From: Neocallimastix sp. 'constans'
Taxonomy: Eukaryota
Length of the DNA stretch: 64,000 bases
Assembly (NCBI GenBank): GCA_050613775.1
Contig: JBODTK010000149.1
Span: 1 to 64,000, forward strand
Direction of reading: 5' to 3'
Shown here piece by piece: positions 14,966 through 30,049 of the stretch. Under the pieces are notes generated by a model. That model saw only the letters and a program-made list of their open reading frames with translations, was not told the origin of the DNA and searched no databases. The first letter of the stretch is position 1. Each line of letters begins with the position of its first letter. The translations under genes and the position numbers were made by a program.

Positions 14966-15728
14966 TTCATTTTTTATTTTATTATATTTTATTATGAATA
15001 TTTCAAAAGTATTGAATTATATAATGGAATAAATTAAATATATATTAATAGAAAAAGAAATATATATTTATATACATATATATACATTATTAATAATAAA
15101 TTTTTAAAAATGAATAATAATGTAAATATATATTTTGATGTTTTACCGCAATTTTGATAAAATAGTCGACTTAAATATACAGAATTAGTTTGTCCATTAC
15201 CAACTGAAAGAACCGACATTCTATCCAATATATCATTCATTTTATCCAGTCCTTCTCTTGATACATATTCCTGTTGATTTTAAATAGATTTGATAATAAA
15301 AATTATGATATAATAATAAAAAAAATATAAGAAAATAAAAATATTATTAAAACCAACAATAAAAAATAAAAAAAAAATAAAAAAATAAAAAAAAAAAAAA
15401 AAAGGAATAAAAAAAAAAAAAAAAAAAAAAAAAAGGAATAAAAAAAACTTTTTATATATCTATATATAAGTAATTTATATAAAATCATATAAATTCATAT
15501 ATATAAAATTAAATGGAATACATTTTTTAGTAACTTTTTGTTTTTTTTATTTGATAGAATTAATGAACGATATACTGATTTTAGAATGGATACACCCCGA
15601 TTATTAGATATGGCTTTTCCTCGTTCATTAGAATTATTGGGTGTATAATCATATTCTCTTATAGCTGTCGATGATGTTGTTATGGAAGATGGATAATTAA
15701 GATTAATATCTTGTTGAGGTTCTGCCAT
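11414..15728 (-). CDS. Multi-exon protein with a divergent C-terminal RhoGAP-like domain
   Basis: About 9 exons joined at GT-AG sites, start 15728 (MAEPQQD...), stop 11414 (...RSLIRIFS*). WFRISPRVQEL, VVASHIKSLMKEIPGGLIP and MTAASLARVLP match the order of the RhoGAP motifs (FR.SG arginine finger; ASLLK.FLRELP.PL; M...NLA.VF.P). Confidence 0.6.
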
Positions 15729-15940
15729 TTTTTTAATTGATTTTTATTATTAATTTATTATAATAAATGATGTGATATAAAAAAATTAGAGTTATTGTGT
15801 TTTTTTTTTTTATAATAGATTTTTCTTATAATATCATTTGTTATTATTATATAATATTATTGTTATTGCTATTTAATTTCTCTATTTTTATATTAATTTT
15901 ATTTAATTTATTTTATTTTATTTTATTTTATTTATTGTAT

Positions 15941-15975
<35 letters not shown>

Positions 15976-17354
15976 ATTTATTGCTATATGTATATAATAT
16001 AAAATAGGAATTATGTATAATACAGAGTAAAATTAATATTATGATTATAATGTTATAATATATTTATAAAGATAATAATTATTAATAATAAAAATTATAT
16101 TTTTCTATAAGGGAATTCATATATATATTTTATGTAAAATATCACATATATATTTAATTTGAATATTTTTTTTATAATATTGCAACTGTCATTATTTTAT
16201 TTTAATTTATTTATTATATTTTTTTTTTTAATAATATATAGAAAAGTCTGTATAACTGTTATTATTATTATTATTATTGTTATTATTAAGACTACATGGT
16301 ACTGAAATATATTTAATAAAAATTTTATGCATATATATTAAAAAAAATTCTTTTTGACATAACAATATTATATTAACAGATAATTTATTATAAAACAAAA
16401 TTTAATATTAGTAAAATGAGAATAGAAGATTATATAATAATACGAAAGTATTTAATCCAATTAATTTTTTTAAAGAAATTCTAAAAAATAACAATAAAAA
16501 TAAAAAAGATAATAGATAATATATATATATAAATGAAATAATATTTTTTTTTATGCCTTTTCAACATACATATTCTTATAAATAATCTTCTATATGATAT
16601 ATATTACAAAGTTACTACATCATAAAAAAAAATTTTTTTTTTTCTTTTTTTTCTTTTTTTTATTTATTTTCTTTTGTTTGGTCATATAATTCCAGAATTA
16701 TTTATAATATTATTTATCATACATTATAAATTATAAAATAAAAAAAGAAATGTTTGATAATTTAATATTAACAAAAATATGAATGAATCATCTTTTAAAT
16801 ATTTGTTAATGTTAATTTTTTTTTATTGCTTTTATTTATTTATTTTATTTTATTTTATTTTATTTTTTTTTTTAAGATTTTTTTATTAAATATTTAAAAG
16901 TTAATTATAGAATAGATATTTTGATATTATAAAATATTTCTAAATCGATTTTATTAAGAAATGTTTTATTTTATAATTATTACTATTATTCAAAATATAA
17001 TAAACTTTTTTTATATTTAACTATAAAAATGTTCGGATTTCTATTTTAATTTTTTTTTTTTTTTTTTTTTTTTTTTGTAATAATGATATATAATTACTTT
17101 TCTAAAATAATTATATTATTATTTTATTAATAATAAAAAATCTTATATATATTATAACTAATTTTTTTTTTAAAAAAAAATTTTAATAAAAAATAAAAAA
17201 AAAATATATTATTAAACTTTAATATATAATAAATATAAATATATATTTTATAAAATATATTATTATAGTTTTTTATATTAATATTAATATGAATAATTAA
17301 AAATATATATAAAAGTTTTTATAATAAATTTTGATTCGGCATATTGTAATTATA

Positions 17355-17388
<34 letters not shown>

Positions 17389-17703
17389 CATGTTCTTATA
17401 TAAATAATATAAATATATAAATATAATTTGAAAAAAAAAAAAAAACTGAATATTATTTTTTTTCATACTATCTAAAATTATAGTTTTTTTATATTAATAT
17501 GAATAATTATAAAAATATATATATATTAAAAGCTTCATAACATTTTTTTTTCGGCGTATTAAAATTATAAATATATATTAAAACTATAATATAATTTATC
17601 AGATATTAATATATATTATATAATTATTAAAAAAAAAAAAAGCTCTTTTTCAAAATAAATAAATTTTATTTTATAATTTTTTTATTTTAAAAATAATCAA
17701 AAT

Positions 17704-17764
<61 letters not shown>

Positions 17765-18019
17765 GTAATCGTTTTTTTTTGTTTCAGTATAGATAAATGT
17801 TATATTTTAACAAAAAAAAAATTCATTTTTGAATTGAAAACAATATAACTACTGAAAAAATAAAATAGTTAAATGGTCCTTTATTACTGGGATATCCTTC
17901 TTTCTTAATAAGTAGTTTACTTTTATTAAGGATACTTAAAAGTATATTAAAATAGTAGTTCCAATTATTTGAAGTATTTTTCTTATAAACTATTATATAT
18001 ATATTTATTTATCTAATAA

Positions 18020-18365
18020 TTAACCTATTTATTTACTTATTATTTATTTACTTATTATTTATTTATTTATCTATGATTATTTATTTATCTATTTTATTTA
18101 ATTATCTATTATTATTTATTTACTTATTATTTATTTATTTATCTATGATTATTTATTTATCTATTTTATTTAATTATCTATTATTATTTATTTACTTATT
18201 ATTTATTTATTTATCTATTTTATTTATTTATCTATTATTATTTATTTATCTACTATTTTTTATTTATCTATTATTTATTTATTTATCTATTTTATTTATT
18301 TATCTATTATTATTTATTTATCTACTATTTTTTATTTATCTATTATTTATTTATTTATTTATTAT
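18020..18365. repeat. Degenerate (TTTA/TCTA/TTA) compound minisatellite
   Basis: Repeated blocks such as ttatttatttatctatgatt...; source of the spurious ORF at 18073. Confidence 0.8.
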
Positions 18366-18870
18366 ATATTGATATTTCAAGTAATATAAATCTATATGTA
18401 TATATAAATTTTAAAGTTAAATTTTAAATAAATATAATTATTAATAAAACTTTATAGATAAATTTTATATTTATATATATATATTTTTTTATATAGCTTT
18501 ATATTATTTAAATTCTAAAATTAGTTTTAAGGAGCATTATATAAATAAATATATAAATAAATAAATAAATAAATAAACAAGTAAAGATATTTCTTTTTTC
18601 TTTTTAATTTTACATTTTATTTTTTTTTTGAGGAATTATAAAAATTTTAAAATGGATATAAAGAAATTATATACAATCATAATATACAATTATAATATAC
18701 AATTGTTAAAATATATAAAGTATCTAAAAATTTAATTAATATCGTCTTCCTTAATATTTATAAGCAATGTTCCTTCATTATTTATTAATATAAATAAGAA
18801 TATTTTTTTATTTTTTAATATTTTGGCATCAATTAAAGGGAAAAAAAAAAGGATATAAAAATTTTTATTT

Positions 18871-18912
<42 letters not shown>

Positions 18913-21057
18913 CCCTTTTATAAACAATAATAGTAATTTGATATATGAATATTAAATGTATAATCTCCCCCTTTTTTATAAGTAATGAAAGCACATTACC
19001 TAATGAATATTTAAAGCATAAAAGTAATAAAAAAATTTGTTAATCAAAATATAATTCTATTATTAATATATAATAGATAAAATATCTTTTATTAAATTTA
19101 TTATATAACCTAATAATACAAATATTTTTTATCCTATTTTATATATTAATATGTAAATAATAATATAATGAATAGTTTTATAACATAATAATAATATAAT
19201 TCATTATCACATTTTATACATTTATATATAAATAATAATATTCTTAATATTTCAAACGATATATTAATCTTAATAATAAGATTATTATTATTATTATCAT
19301 TATTATTATAAATTAATAATGATTTAATTATTATCATATTATTATTATTATAAATTCTATAACATGATAATATTACAAATATCAACTGTTAAACACTTTA
19401 TGTATCAAATGATATATTAATATTTATTTAATATATAACTATATGTAATAATTATATAATAAAAATTTTTATAGTTTTTATATCATTTAAAAGAAATAAT
19501 AATTAAAAAATTTATAGTTTTCATATCATTTATAAGAAAAAGTATATTATATTCAATACATTCTATATATATTTTATTTTAAAAGAATTATTTTAATCTT
19601 ATATCAATATGAAAATACCAAAATAACAAAACCGAAACAAAAAAAAAAAAGAAAAAAAATTATCAATGTTATAATACAATTAATAATTAAAAATGTTTTA
19701 AGGAACACTTTAATTTACCTTACGATATTAAATATTATAAATATTTTATACATTTATTTTATTAATTATTATAAATATTTTATACATTTATTTTATAATA
19801 TATTTTTTTATATTTATTTAAATTTTATTTATTTATTTGTTTATTTAAATCTTATTTATTTATTTATTTATTCTCTGTGGAAGTCAATCGTTTATAAATA
19901 TGTATATGATGATGGTGTTGGTGATGTTTTAAATATCAACTTGAACTTTTTAATAGATTTAACCATTCAATAAATTATTAAATCTTTTTAGTTATTTTAC
20001 AATTTATTTATTTATCCGTTTATTTAATTATCAATTTATTTAGTTATCTATTGATTTATTTCCATATTTTCCCTTTCCATTGATTTTATTAATAATAAAA
20101 TAAAAAAAAGTGAAACAATTATATATTATTTTTTTTTGATATATTATAGATTATGTAATAATATGTTAATGTATTGTATTGTGTTATATATTAACAATAT
20201 ATAAATATCTAATCATATTATATGAATAAATTAAAATTTAAATTAAAATTTCAAATAGAAATATATTAAAAATAAAATTAATTTTTTAAAAGAATTTATC
20301 CTTTAAAAAAAAATAACAGTTTTTATGTCATATTATATTTTTTTTTTTTATAAATAAAAAAGTTTATATTCTTTAATTATATTTTTATATTTATTTAATA
20401 AACGTTTTTTTCTATTAAAGAGTTTAAAATAGTATTAATCAGTTTTTTTTTTTCTTTTTTAAACAATTTAACAATAGGAAAACTAAATATAATATTAAAT
20501 GAAATAAAAATTATTAATAAAAATATTTAAATATAAATATGAATTTTTAAATATATATGAACATAATACTTTTTAAAATAATTTAAATTAATATATAGAT
20601 TAATATATAGAAAAGATTTATACTAATAATAATTATTAATTAATTAATTAATAAATAATAATAATATTTTTTTAATTTTTTTTTAATAAATTAAAATAGC
20701 ATGTTTCTATATATTATAGTTTAAAATTTGAGAAATAGAATTTTTGCGTAACATTTCAAAAATAAAATAAAATAAAATAAAATAAAAAAAAAAAAAGTTA
20801 AAAAATAAAAACTTAACAATTATTATTAATATTATCTTATATAGTAACTTTTGTTCTTTTTTTTTTTTTATATTTTATTTTATTTTATTTTATTTTTCTT
20901 GTTATTTTATTTTTGTAAACTTTATAGTTTTTCACTTTGAAATAGAAATCTGTTTGTCATTTACTATTAGAAATTGACATTCAGTTATATATATTATTGA
21001 AAAGTGTCCTAATTTATTTTCAATTATATTAGATATTTCTATATATTATATTACTTA

Positions 21058-21176
21058 CAATATATATGAAATATCTAAAGATTATAATTATATGTAATAC
21101 ATAATAAAAAAAAAAAACAATATATATGAAATATCTAAAGATTATAATTATATGTAATACATAATAAAAAAAAAAA
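21058..21176. repeat. 60-bp near-perfect tandem duplication
   Basis: caatatatatgaaatatctaaagattataattatatgtaatacataataaaa... occurs twice, 60 bp apart. Confidence 0.95.
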
Positions 21177-21798
21177 GAAAAAAAAAAAAGTTAAACAATT
21201 TACAATTATACATAAAGTTATATATATATATAAATAAAATAGTATAATACCAATTCAACTTTTTAAATTTTAATTATACTTTTTAATTTCAAATTGTAAA
21301 CTATAAATTCAATTCATTACAACAAGCAATTGTATTCATTTATCAAAAAATTATATAGAACATTTATCAATATATATAATATATATAATTAATTTCTATC
21401 ACATTTTACAATTATTCAGTAATTGTCATATGGGTTTTTTATTTCGACATATAGAAATTACATTTTAAACATTTTACAATATAGTATAAAATATAAAATA
21501 ATTACAAGAAATTTATATATATATAAATTATAATATAACAATAAAAATAAAAAAAAAATAGAAAAAAAAAAAAAAAAAAGCAAACTATTAATTGATAATT
21601 TTTATTTTTTTTTAAAATAAATATCTATATTAATATTCTAATATCATTTAAATAATATTCTTAAATATATATATATAATAATATATATATAATATTTAAA
21701 AATTTTTTTTTCTCTTAATTTATTATCTGTTACTTATTTCGATTTTTCATATAGTGTTTTTTTTTTTTTTTTATTTAAAAAAAAAAAGTTGAAAAGTA

Positions 21799-24357
21799 AT
21801 GGATAAAAGTGATATCATTAAATATCAATTACCCGATGAAATTATAAAAAATATTCATAAAAAGAAGGATCTATACAATATTATACTGGTGTGTCGTGCT
21901 TGGTATCATTGTGGTATCAAATATTTATATAGTGATTTCAGTTATGAATATACCTTATTAAAGATTCCTACCACAACTCAATTAGAATGGGTTAAACATT
22001 ATCATACTTGGATTGATGCAGCTCAAGAAAAGCGTCATTTCCAACTCTATACCTTACTTAAAGGAATGAAACGTTTAGAATCCATACATATTGATATTTT
22101 TGGACATATAAAATATTTCAAAAGATATAGAAAATTTTTATATAAATTTGCAGATTTAAAAAAAGATCAAATAAAAACTTTACATATCTCCTTGGATATT
22201 CTTGATGAATATATTTCTGGTAATTCTTTGATGGAATTTAAAACCATTTTTACTCAATTTATAAAGATATTTAAAAATCTTGATGTATTAATATTAGAAT
22301 CAGGAGAAGAAAATCCAATAATAGATATTCAACGTCTCATGATTGAATGTTTAGCAAATGTCTATACGAATAATAATAATAGTAATAATAATAGTAATTC
22401 TTCAAATGTAACACATTCAAGATCTTTAATAACTACAGAACCTTCAGCAGATTCTACCCAAAACAATAATAATAATAATAATAATAATGAAATAAATATC
22501 GATGAAGAACATGAAAATGAAAATGAAAATGATGATGATGAATCTGATGATGAAGGTTAATATTGATTTTTATTGTATAATTAATTTATATATGTTAAAG
22601 ATTTTTTTTTTTTTTAATTAATTTATATATGTTATACTTTATGTTATACTTTATGATTATTTTTTTTTTTTTTATTATTAATTTATTTTTTTTTTTATAA
22701 ATTTTAATACATATAGGAACAATAATAAGTGATATAGAGATATCTTCTGACAGTGAAGATGAAATAGAATATGATGAAGATTCAAAACCCATTTGTAAAA
22801 GACATAGATTAAAAAAATTAATTATCTATGATAACAACAGTATAAATATTGAAGATAGTCTATCAGATATTATATCAATAGTACCATTAGAAGAGCTCAT
22901 CATTCATACCTACACTCCAAAACAATCCGTTGAACCTATATCCTCATTTGTCAAAAGTGCAGAGCCATTCTGGCGTATTAATCGTTATAAAAAAGAACTT
23001 TTAAGTAAATATCCAGAATACTTCTCATCTCTTACTTTAGAAAATCAAAATAATCGTAATTATAATAATGAGGATATTGAGAATAGTACTGAGGATATCA
23101 AAAATATCTTTGATAATAAACAATCTTCAAATTATGAAAATTTATATGATAGAAGTAAGGATATGATGTGGCGTAAATTTTATTATGTATATAATAAAAA
23201 TATAAGGAAAAGAGAAGCAATGAAAGAACATGATCATGAATACTTAATAGAAAGATTAAATGTACAAAGTGATTATGAAGATTATTTACCAACTACGTCA
23301 TATGAAAATAATATTGATAACACTAAAACTTCAACTACCACCACCATCACCACCACCACCAATACTACTACTACACCTATTACTACTACTACTACTAATA
23401 ATAATAATAATAATGATAATAATTCATTTTCAGATGATAATAAATCTAAAATAAATCTTTCTTCTTCATTAAGAAGTAATTGTTCATTAATTTCAAATTT
23501 ATCTGATTCAAGTTGTACTACGATGGTCAATTCATTTTCAAATGATCTATCTAAACGTTCCACTCCTCTTTTAAATAATATAGAAACATATATTCCAAAG
23601 AAAAGTGTCAATTCAATCCTCTTAAATACCCATTTAAATGATGATATGACATCGCTTTATTTAGAAAATTGTCAATCAATTTCGGTCAAATTATTTTCTA
23701 TTATTCTTCCAAAATTAAATCATCTCTCCACAATAAAATTAAGTAATATATCCTTTTTACCTGAATTTTGTATATTGAAATTACTTATTGGTTCCGGTAA
23801 AAATTTACATCACTTAGAATTAAATTTATCTAGTCAAGTAACTATTTTTTTTTTTTTTTTTTTTTTACTGTTATTTTATTTATTCTTTATTAAAAAAAAA
23901 TACTTTTATTATATATATATATATATTTTTAATAAACATCAGTTCACTAAATTTATTATTAAATATATATTATAATATAAAAATATATTATAATATATAT
24001 ATATTTTTTTTAAATATTTAATATTATTTTTATTAGCAATTAACACAAGATATTATTGTATGTATTGCTACTGAAAATAGTAATTTAGAAACACTATCAT
24101 TAAAAAGTTGTGATCATCCATTAATAGTAGATGTTGAAACCATTAATTGGATGTTAACTCTATGTCCCCAACTTTACTCTTTTACCATTGAAAATGCCGA
24201 TGAAACAGTACATAACTACTATAAGAAAAATTATAATTTAGTTAATTCTTCATACCATCAAAGTAAGAAAACTATATTAAATAAAACGGTGATCGGTAAA
24301 GTAAAGGAAGATACTCTAATTAATTATGAAAGAACACATGAATCTCAGTTAATATAA
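21799..24357 (+). CDS. F-box / leucine-rich-repeat protein, 3 exons
   Basis: Exons 21799-22555, 22717-23837, 24037-24357 splice in frame. N-terminal LPDEII...DLYNIILVCRAW is F-box-like; LRR-type repeats LTSLYLENC, LSTIKLSN, LHHLELNL, LETLSLKSC. Confidence 0.75.
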
Positions 24358-24371
24358 AATTAAGATACATT

Positions 24372-24416
<45 letters not shown>

Positions 24417-24458
24417 AATAATACATATAGAATAGAGATATAAAATTACAGAATAGCT

Positions 24459-24490
<32 letters not shown>

Positions 24491-25299
24491 AACTTAAAAG
24501 TAAAAAAAAAAATAGATAATAATAGCAATGATTTTTATTAATAATAACTAGTATTAATGTAGTAAACTTTTTTTTTTATTTATTTATCGATTAATATTAA
24601 ACTAAACTAATATATATAATAAAAAAAAAAATATAATTTTAAAAAAAAAATGTTATTTTTTTTTTTATAAAATTTTTTCAAAAGTTTTATTACTATCTTA
24701 AAACATTTAAAAAAAAATCTATAAATATATATATATTATTATTGTTGTTGTTATTATTGTTGTTATTATTGTTATTGTTATTGTTGTTATATAATTAGTT
24801 ATTGTTGTTATATATTTTTAAATATCTATTAATTTTAATATGGTTTCATTTCAAGAAGTTAGAAAAATTCACTTTATTTATTTATTAACTAATACAAAAT
24901 AAATGATTTTTATTTTTATTTTTACTTTTTTTTTTTTTTTATATATATATATATTTTTTGTATAGAGTTATTGCTATCAAAATATTGATTTATTTATTAT
25001 TTATTAAATACAATATATATACATATATTACTGGAATTTTTTTTTTAATACAATTACAAATCCTTTTAATTTATAAAGTCAATACCTTATTAAATTAAAT
25101 ATATATGTAAATGTAGAAGAAATAAAAAAAAAAAAAAATAAATAAAACTAAAAAAAAAATAATAATAATAAAATATAAATAATAATATATATATATAATA
25201 AAATCATTTTTCTGTTTAGTCTTAATTGTTTAAGTAAATATTATCATAAAAATTAATATTTTTAAAATCATTTTATTATTTTATTAATATTGAATTTTT

Positions 25300-25590
25300 T
25301 TTTTTTAGACAAGGAAAATAAATACACTCCCATTGTTTTATTTATTAATCAATAAAAAAAAAAGTATTAATATATCATATATATTAAAAATGTAGCTGTA
25401 AATACACTAAACTTTAATCTAGGATTTAATTGAATATTATGTTTAAGAGGTAGATATTAACTATAATACCACTATTACCTTCAGAAGTAGTAGAGTTAAC
25501 CAAAAAAAAAAAATTTTTTCCATAGGTTGTTCATATTATGGTAAAAAGTGATTATTCATTTATCCACTGGATATATGAATGTTCCAACTT
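25300..25590 (-). mobile_element. Degenerate LINE endonuclease-domain fragment
   Basis: Minus strand reads SWNIH...EGNSG...FPCL and is collinear with the start of the endonuclease domain at 29575-29730 (atgttccaact and ttttagaca shared). Confidence 0.5.
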
Positions 25591-25628
25591 TTTTTTTTTT
25601 TTATAGGCTAGATCAAAATCATTAATGA

Positions 25629-25673
<45 letters not shown>

Positions 25674-25906
25674 AATTAATTATTTATTTTATTTTATTTT
25701 ATTTTATTTTATTTTATTTTATTTTGGAAGTAAATAAGGAATTTACCATTTTTTTTTCTATTCCTATTCATCTATTTTAAATTATGAAAAAGCAAAAAAA
25801 AGTAAAAAAAAAAAAAAATTAATGAATATATTTTTGTAGATTCCTTCTTGGTGGAACTTTTTAGCTTTAGATGAGCTATAATTCAATAAACTAGGGGAGC
25901 AAAAAC

Positions 25907-25957
<51 letters not shown>

Positions 25958-26599
25958 TTAAATTTAATTAAAAATGTTTCTGGGGTCTAATGTTTCCGTA
26001 TCATGATTACAGTTCATATCAATAATACCATAATAAATAACTTTTTTAAAAAATTTTTTTTTTTCATTATTTTCATTGTATTACATTAATTTTTCATTGC
26101 TGTATAGCAGCCAGCAATAGGTAAAAAAAAAAAAAAAATGAAGGATGAAGGTCTCGAGAAAGGATATTAAGTAATATTAGTAGAATTTCTTTTTTAATGT
26201 AATCTTTACTTAAAAAAAAAAAAACATTCTTTGATTTATTAAATTCACTATTGATTTTGTATGAGATAAGCCAAGATACCATAGCAAACTAGTATTAATT
26301 AAAGATGAAGGTCTCGAGAAAGGGTATTAAATACTAATAGTAGAATTTCTTTTTTAATGTAATCTTTACCTAAAAAAAAAAAAAAAAAAAAAAAAATAGT
26401 ATTAATTAAAGATTGAATACTTCTTTTAGTCATTACGAATTTTTTTTTTTTTACTGGAATCAAGTGGAGGGAACACAGTAAATGGTTTTTTTTTTCCTGA
26501 TAATCTAAGACTATAAGACTGTAAAACATTTTTTTTTTTTTTTTTTTTTTTAAAGATAAAAGGTACTCTATTGTTCATTAAGAAAATTGGAAAATACAA

Positions 26600-29500
26600 A
26601 TAACAGTCTTCCAAACTTTAGCTTGCATAATAGATATATAAATATAACTGGTTGATGTGATAGATTTGTCGCTGAAATGAAATTCAGAGATATGTATAAC
26701 ATGAAACTTTTAATAAGTGTTTTAGAAGATAAATACTGATTAGGGAGGAAATACTAATGTCAAAATTAAAAACCACCACATCTAATTCGAGAAATCCAAA
26801 AGAATCCCAACTGATACTTTAGGATATTGAAATGTTAAGTCTTTGATTTCTGAAATAGATTCCAAAATCATTTTTTCCTTGTAAAAATAATTGAATTTTT
26901 TTTTTTTTTTTTTTTTTTTTTCACCATTTAATTTCTTTATTCAAAGTTCTTGATTCTTTACTCCATGAGTAAAATGTGTTCTAGTAGGAATATTATTTTT
27001 ATTAGTGAGATGATTAATCATTTAATACTATGATGATGAGTTTTTCCATTTTTCTAAAGCAGCGTAATTGAGATAAGATATAGCACAGATAGCTGAAAGA
27101 GAAGGTATTCCCAATTCACGAGTAATATCATAGAGACTAACAGAAGAATTGCGAGATTTAAATCCATAACTCCAATAAAGTCCTTCTATTAATAATTTTT
27201 TGAGCTTTAGAACATCTGCTCTTATTTGAACCAAAGAGAGGATCATAATATAAAACAAGATTAAGAATAAAAGAAATTAAAATATATATTTCTTCAAATG
27301 GGAGAGGAGGAAGAGATTTATTAATAAGAAATCGAAAGTACAAAGTTAACATTTGACAATTAAAATTACTGTTTAAATTTAGGATTGTATAGGTTTTTCA
27401 ATGATAAAGATTCATCAAAAGGAATACCAAGATATGTAGAATTGTCCGTTTTAGGTAATTTGTTACTACCAATAAAGAAAGATGAATCTTTCGTATTTTA
27501 TCGGTTTAACAAAGTTAATCGATAATTTACAACAAGAGTAGCACACTTTTTTAATTCCAAAAGTCATTTCATTTTTAAATAGCATAGCCCATTCATGAAC
27601 CTTATTCAAAATTTTCTTAAAGAGCTTGTTTTAGATGGAGTAACTAAAACAATATCATCGGGGCAAAAAGTCCCACCACAACAATAGTGAGATTCTAAAT
27701 ATACATCATACCTATCACAATTATCCAGTACATCATTAATGAACAAATTGAATAAAATAGGAGATTGAGAGCATCCTTGTCTAACACCACAATTAATCGA
27801 AAATTCTTCAGAGAGATTTCCATTAAAAAAAGCACAAGCTTTAGAGAATAGATAAAGGTTCCATAAAAAAGAAGAGGACATTTTCCTCTAATTCCTTAGA
27901 TATATATAATTTGAATCAAAATATTAAAGATAGGTACTGAATCATAGGCTTTTTTAAGATCAAGAAAAGCAAGATAAGTAATAGTTTCCTTGAAATTTTC
28001 TTCTTTGACATCTTTCTCTAATTGAAAATATATAAACTTATGCCTTCTTCTTTATATTCTAAATCCAAATTATTCAGGTCTAACAAATTTATGGTCTAAG
28101 GCCTATTTTAACAATGCTATTAGTAACAATCTTTGAAATAATTTTTTAAGCCAACATTAATAAGAGAAATACCACGATAATTATTGCAATCTGAAAGATC
28201 TCCATATTTTTTTTTTTTTTTTTTTTTTTTGGAATTGATATAATAGAAGCCGAATTCCATTCGGATCAACAAATCGATTCAATTGATCCGAATGAGAAAA
28301 TAAATAGTTACCCTGTTTGTCCCTTAAAACGCTTGAAGAAAGTAGAATTAGAGGTACATAGGAGGAGATAGCTTGACGAAAGTAGAATTAGAGGTTAGAG
28401 GTACATAGGAGGAGATAGCTTGACGAAAGTAGAATTAGAGGTTAGAGGTACATAGGAGGAGATAGCTTGACGAAAGTAGAATTAGAGGTTAGAGGTACAT
28501 AGGAGGAGATAGCTTGACGAAAGTAGAATTAGAGGTTAGAGGTACATAGGAGGAGATAGCTTCTTTAATTCTTACCATGCATGCACTCCTACACATTTTT
28601 GTTAACGAAAAATCATTACCTACAGACTCTATCGTCTGACGAAATGGTTTTGATTTAATAGAAAATTTTAATTGACCTGACCTTTATCACATATATTTTC
28701 ATATTCACGAAAGCAAATTTAAAAATTCATCAAGGTTTTTCAAGATTAAGATCTAATGGAAAATTTTTTGATTTCAATAAAATGTAATATGCTTTTTTCA
28801 TGAGAAAGTTTCTTGATATAATAAGGGCAAGTGGAAAGCTAAGCCTTTAAGATCACATGGAACTCTAGCATGAACTTTATCATCAACGTCATTAGCCGTT
28901 TCTATAAATTTGTTCACCATTTCATTAGAAGTTAACTTCTTCATCATCATCAAATTCATAAAGAGGTATGGAGAAGTAGTTATTTGTGAATATTTCATTT
29001 ATTCTTCTCTTTATTAAACATATATGTTGGGACCATTTGAATCTTCTAGATGAAGTAGGAGCATGAAAACCTTCAGAGAAAGGATAAAAGTGGAAGTAGT
29101 CAGAAATATTTATTGAATGTACTACAAACAGATACCTTACCTTTATTAAAGTATTCATTCATTTTACAATTAAATAAAACATGATTAATACAAGACGACC
29201 TACCATCTACCATCCCGAGCCCATGTGTGAAATCGAGACCCGTTAAGTTTTTGGTGAACCACTGATGAGATGAGATGATTTATTAAGTAAACTTTCTAAG
29301 TGGGATTTAGACATATTAAAAATCACCAGCAAGAGTAGAAGAAGTATTAATATGTTTTTTTTTTTTTTTTTTTTATCCAATTAGTAATTTCTGAAAAGGT
29401 ATTCGTTTTTTCGTTCTTTCTTTCTTCCTTTATGAGTGACCGTAGAAAACATAAATATTAACCAATAGTGCCTTTAACTCCCCCCAAAAAAAAAAGAAGT

Positions 29501-29790
29501 TTATGCTGACAGAAATGACATTACTTATATTTAAAGGGTTATTATTTGAAAATACATTAAATTTTTTTTTTTTAGACAGGGAATGAAAATACATTAAGGT
29601 ATTTGGCTATTACCGACCTCTTGCAAGAAAATACAGATAGGTTTTAAAAATTTCATTAAAAGTATCTAATACCATCACTTTTTTTTCTGAGTTCCATCCA
29701 TTTCATTCCATTCATGTTCCAACTGACACAAAAGATTTAAAGAATTGAGTCAACGATTGAGTGAACTACTACTCTATAGAAAATCTTTTT
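26600..29790 (-). mobile_element. Decayed non-LTR retrotransposon (LINE), APE endonuclease + reverse transcriptase
   Basis: Minus-strand motifs in the expected order despite frameshifts. Endonuclease: CVSWNMNG, FLQEVG, AGDFNMS. RT: NYRGISLINVG, AFLDLKKAYDSVP, GVRQGCSQSPILFNLFINDV, DDIVL, YLGIPF. C-terminal: ELGIPSL, LGFFWISRIRCG. Confidence 0.9.
28338..28562. repeat. 47-bp tandem minisatellite, about 5 units, inside the LINE
   Basis: gaaagtagaattagaggttagaggtacataggaggagatagcttgac at 28378, 28425 and 28472, a truncated copy at 28519, and a 40-bp first unit at 28338. Confidence 0.97.
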
Positions 29791-29852
29791 AACAATAAAA
29801 ATTCTCTTCTTTTGAAACTAAATCATCGGTAAAATATTTTCTATATATATAT

Positions 29853-29890
<38 letters not shown>

Positions 29891-30049
29891 GGCAGCAAAC
29901 TTGTTTCATCTTTATTAATTAAATATTTGATAAAATACATGTAATAAAATAAAAAAAAAAAAAAAAGATAAAAAAATAAACAAAAAATAAAACATAAAAT
30001 AAAATAAAATAATGGTATAATATATTCTAGTTTCATTTAATTAATATAT

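Noticed and set aside
19895..19950. C/D box snoRNA (ATGATGA)
   Set aside because: No CTGA D box or terminal stem at a suitable distance.
23282..23611. Antisense or overlapping ORFs inside genes (also 90-272, 45513-45833, 49139-49366)
   Set aside because: Shadows of low-complexity codons on the coding strand.
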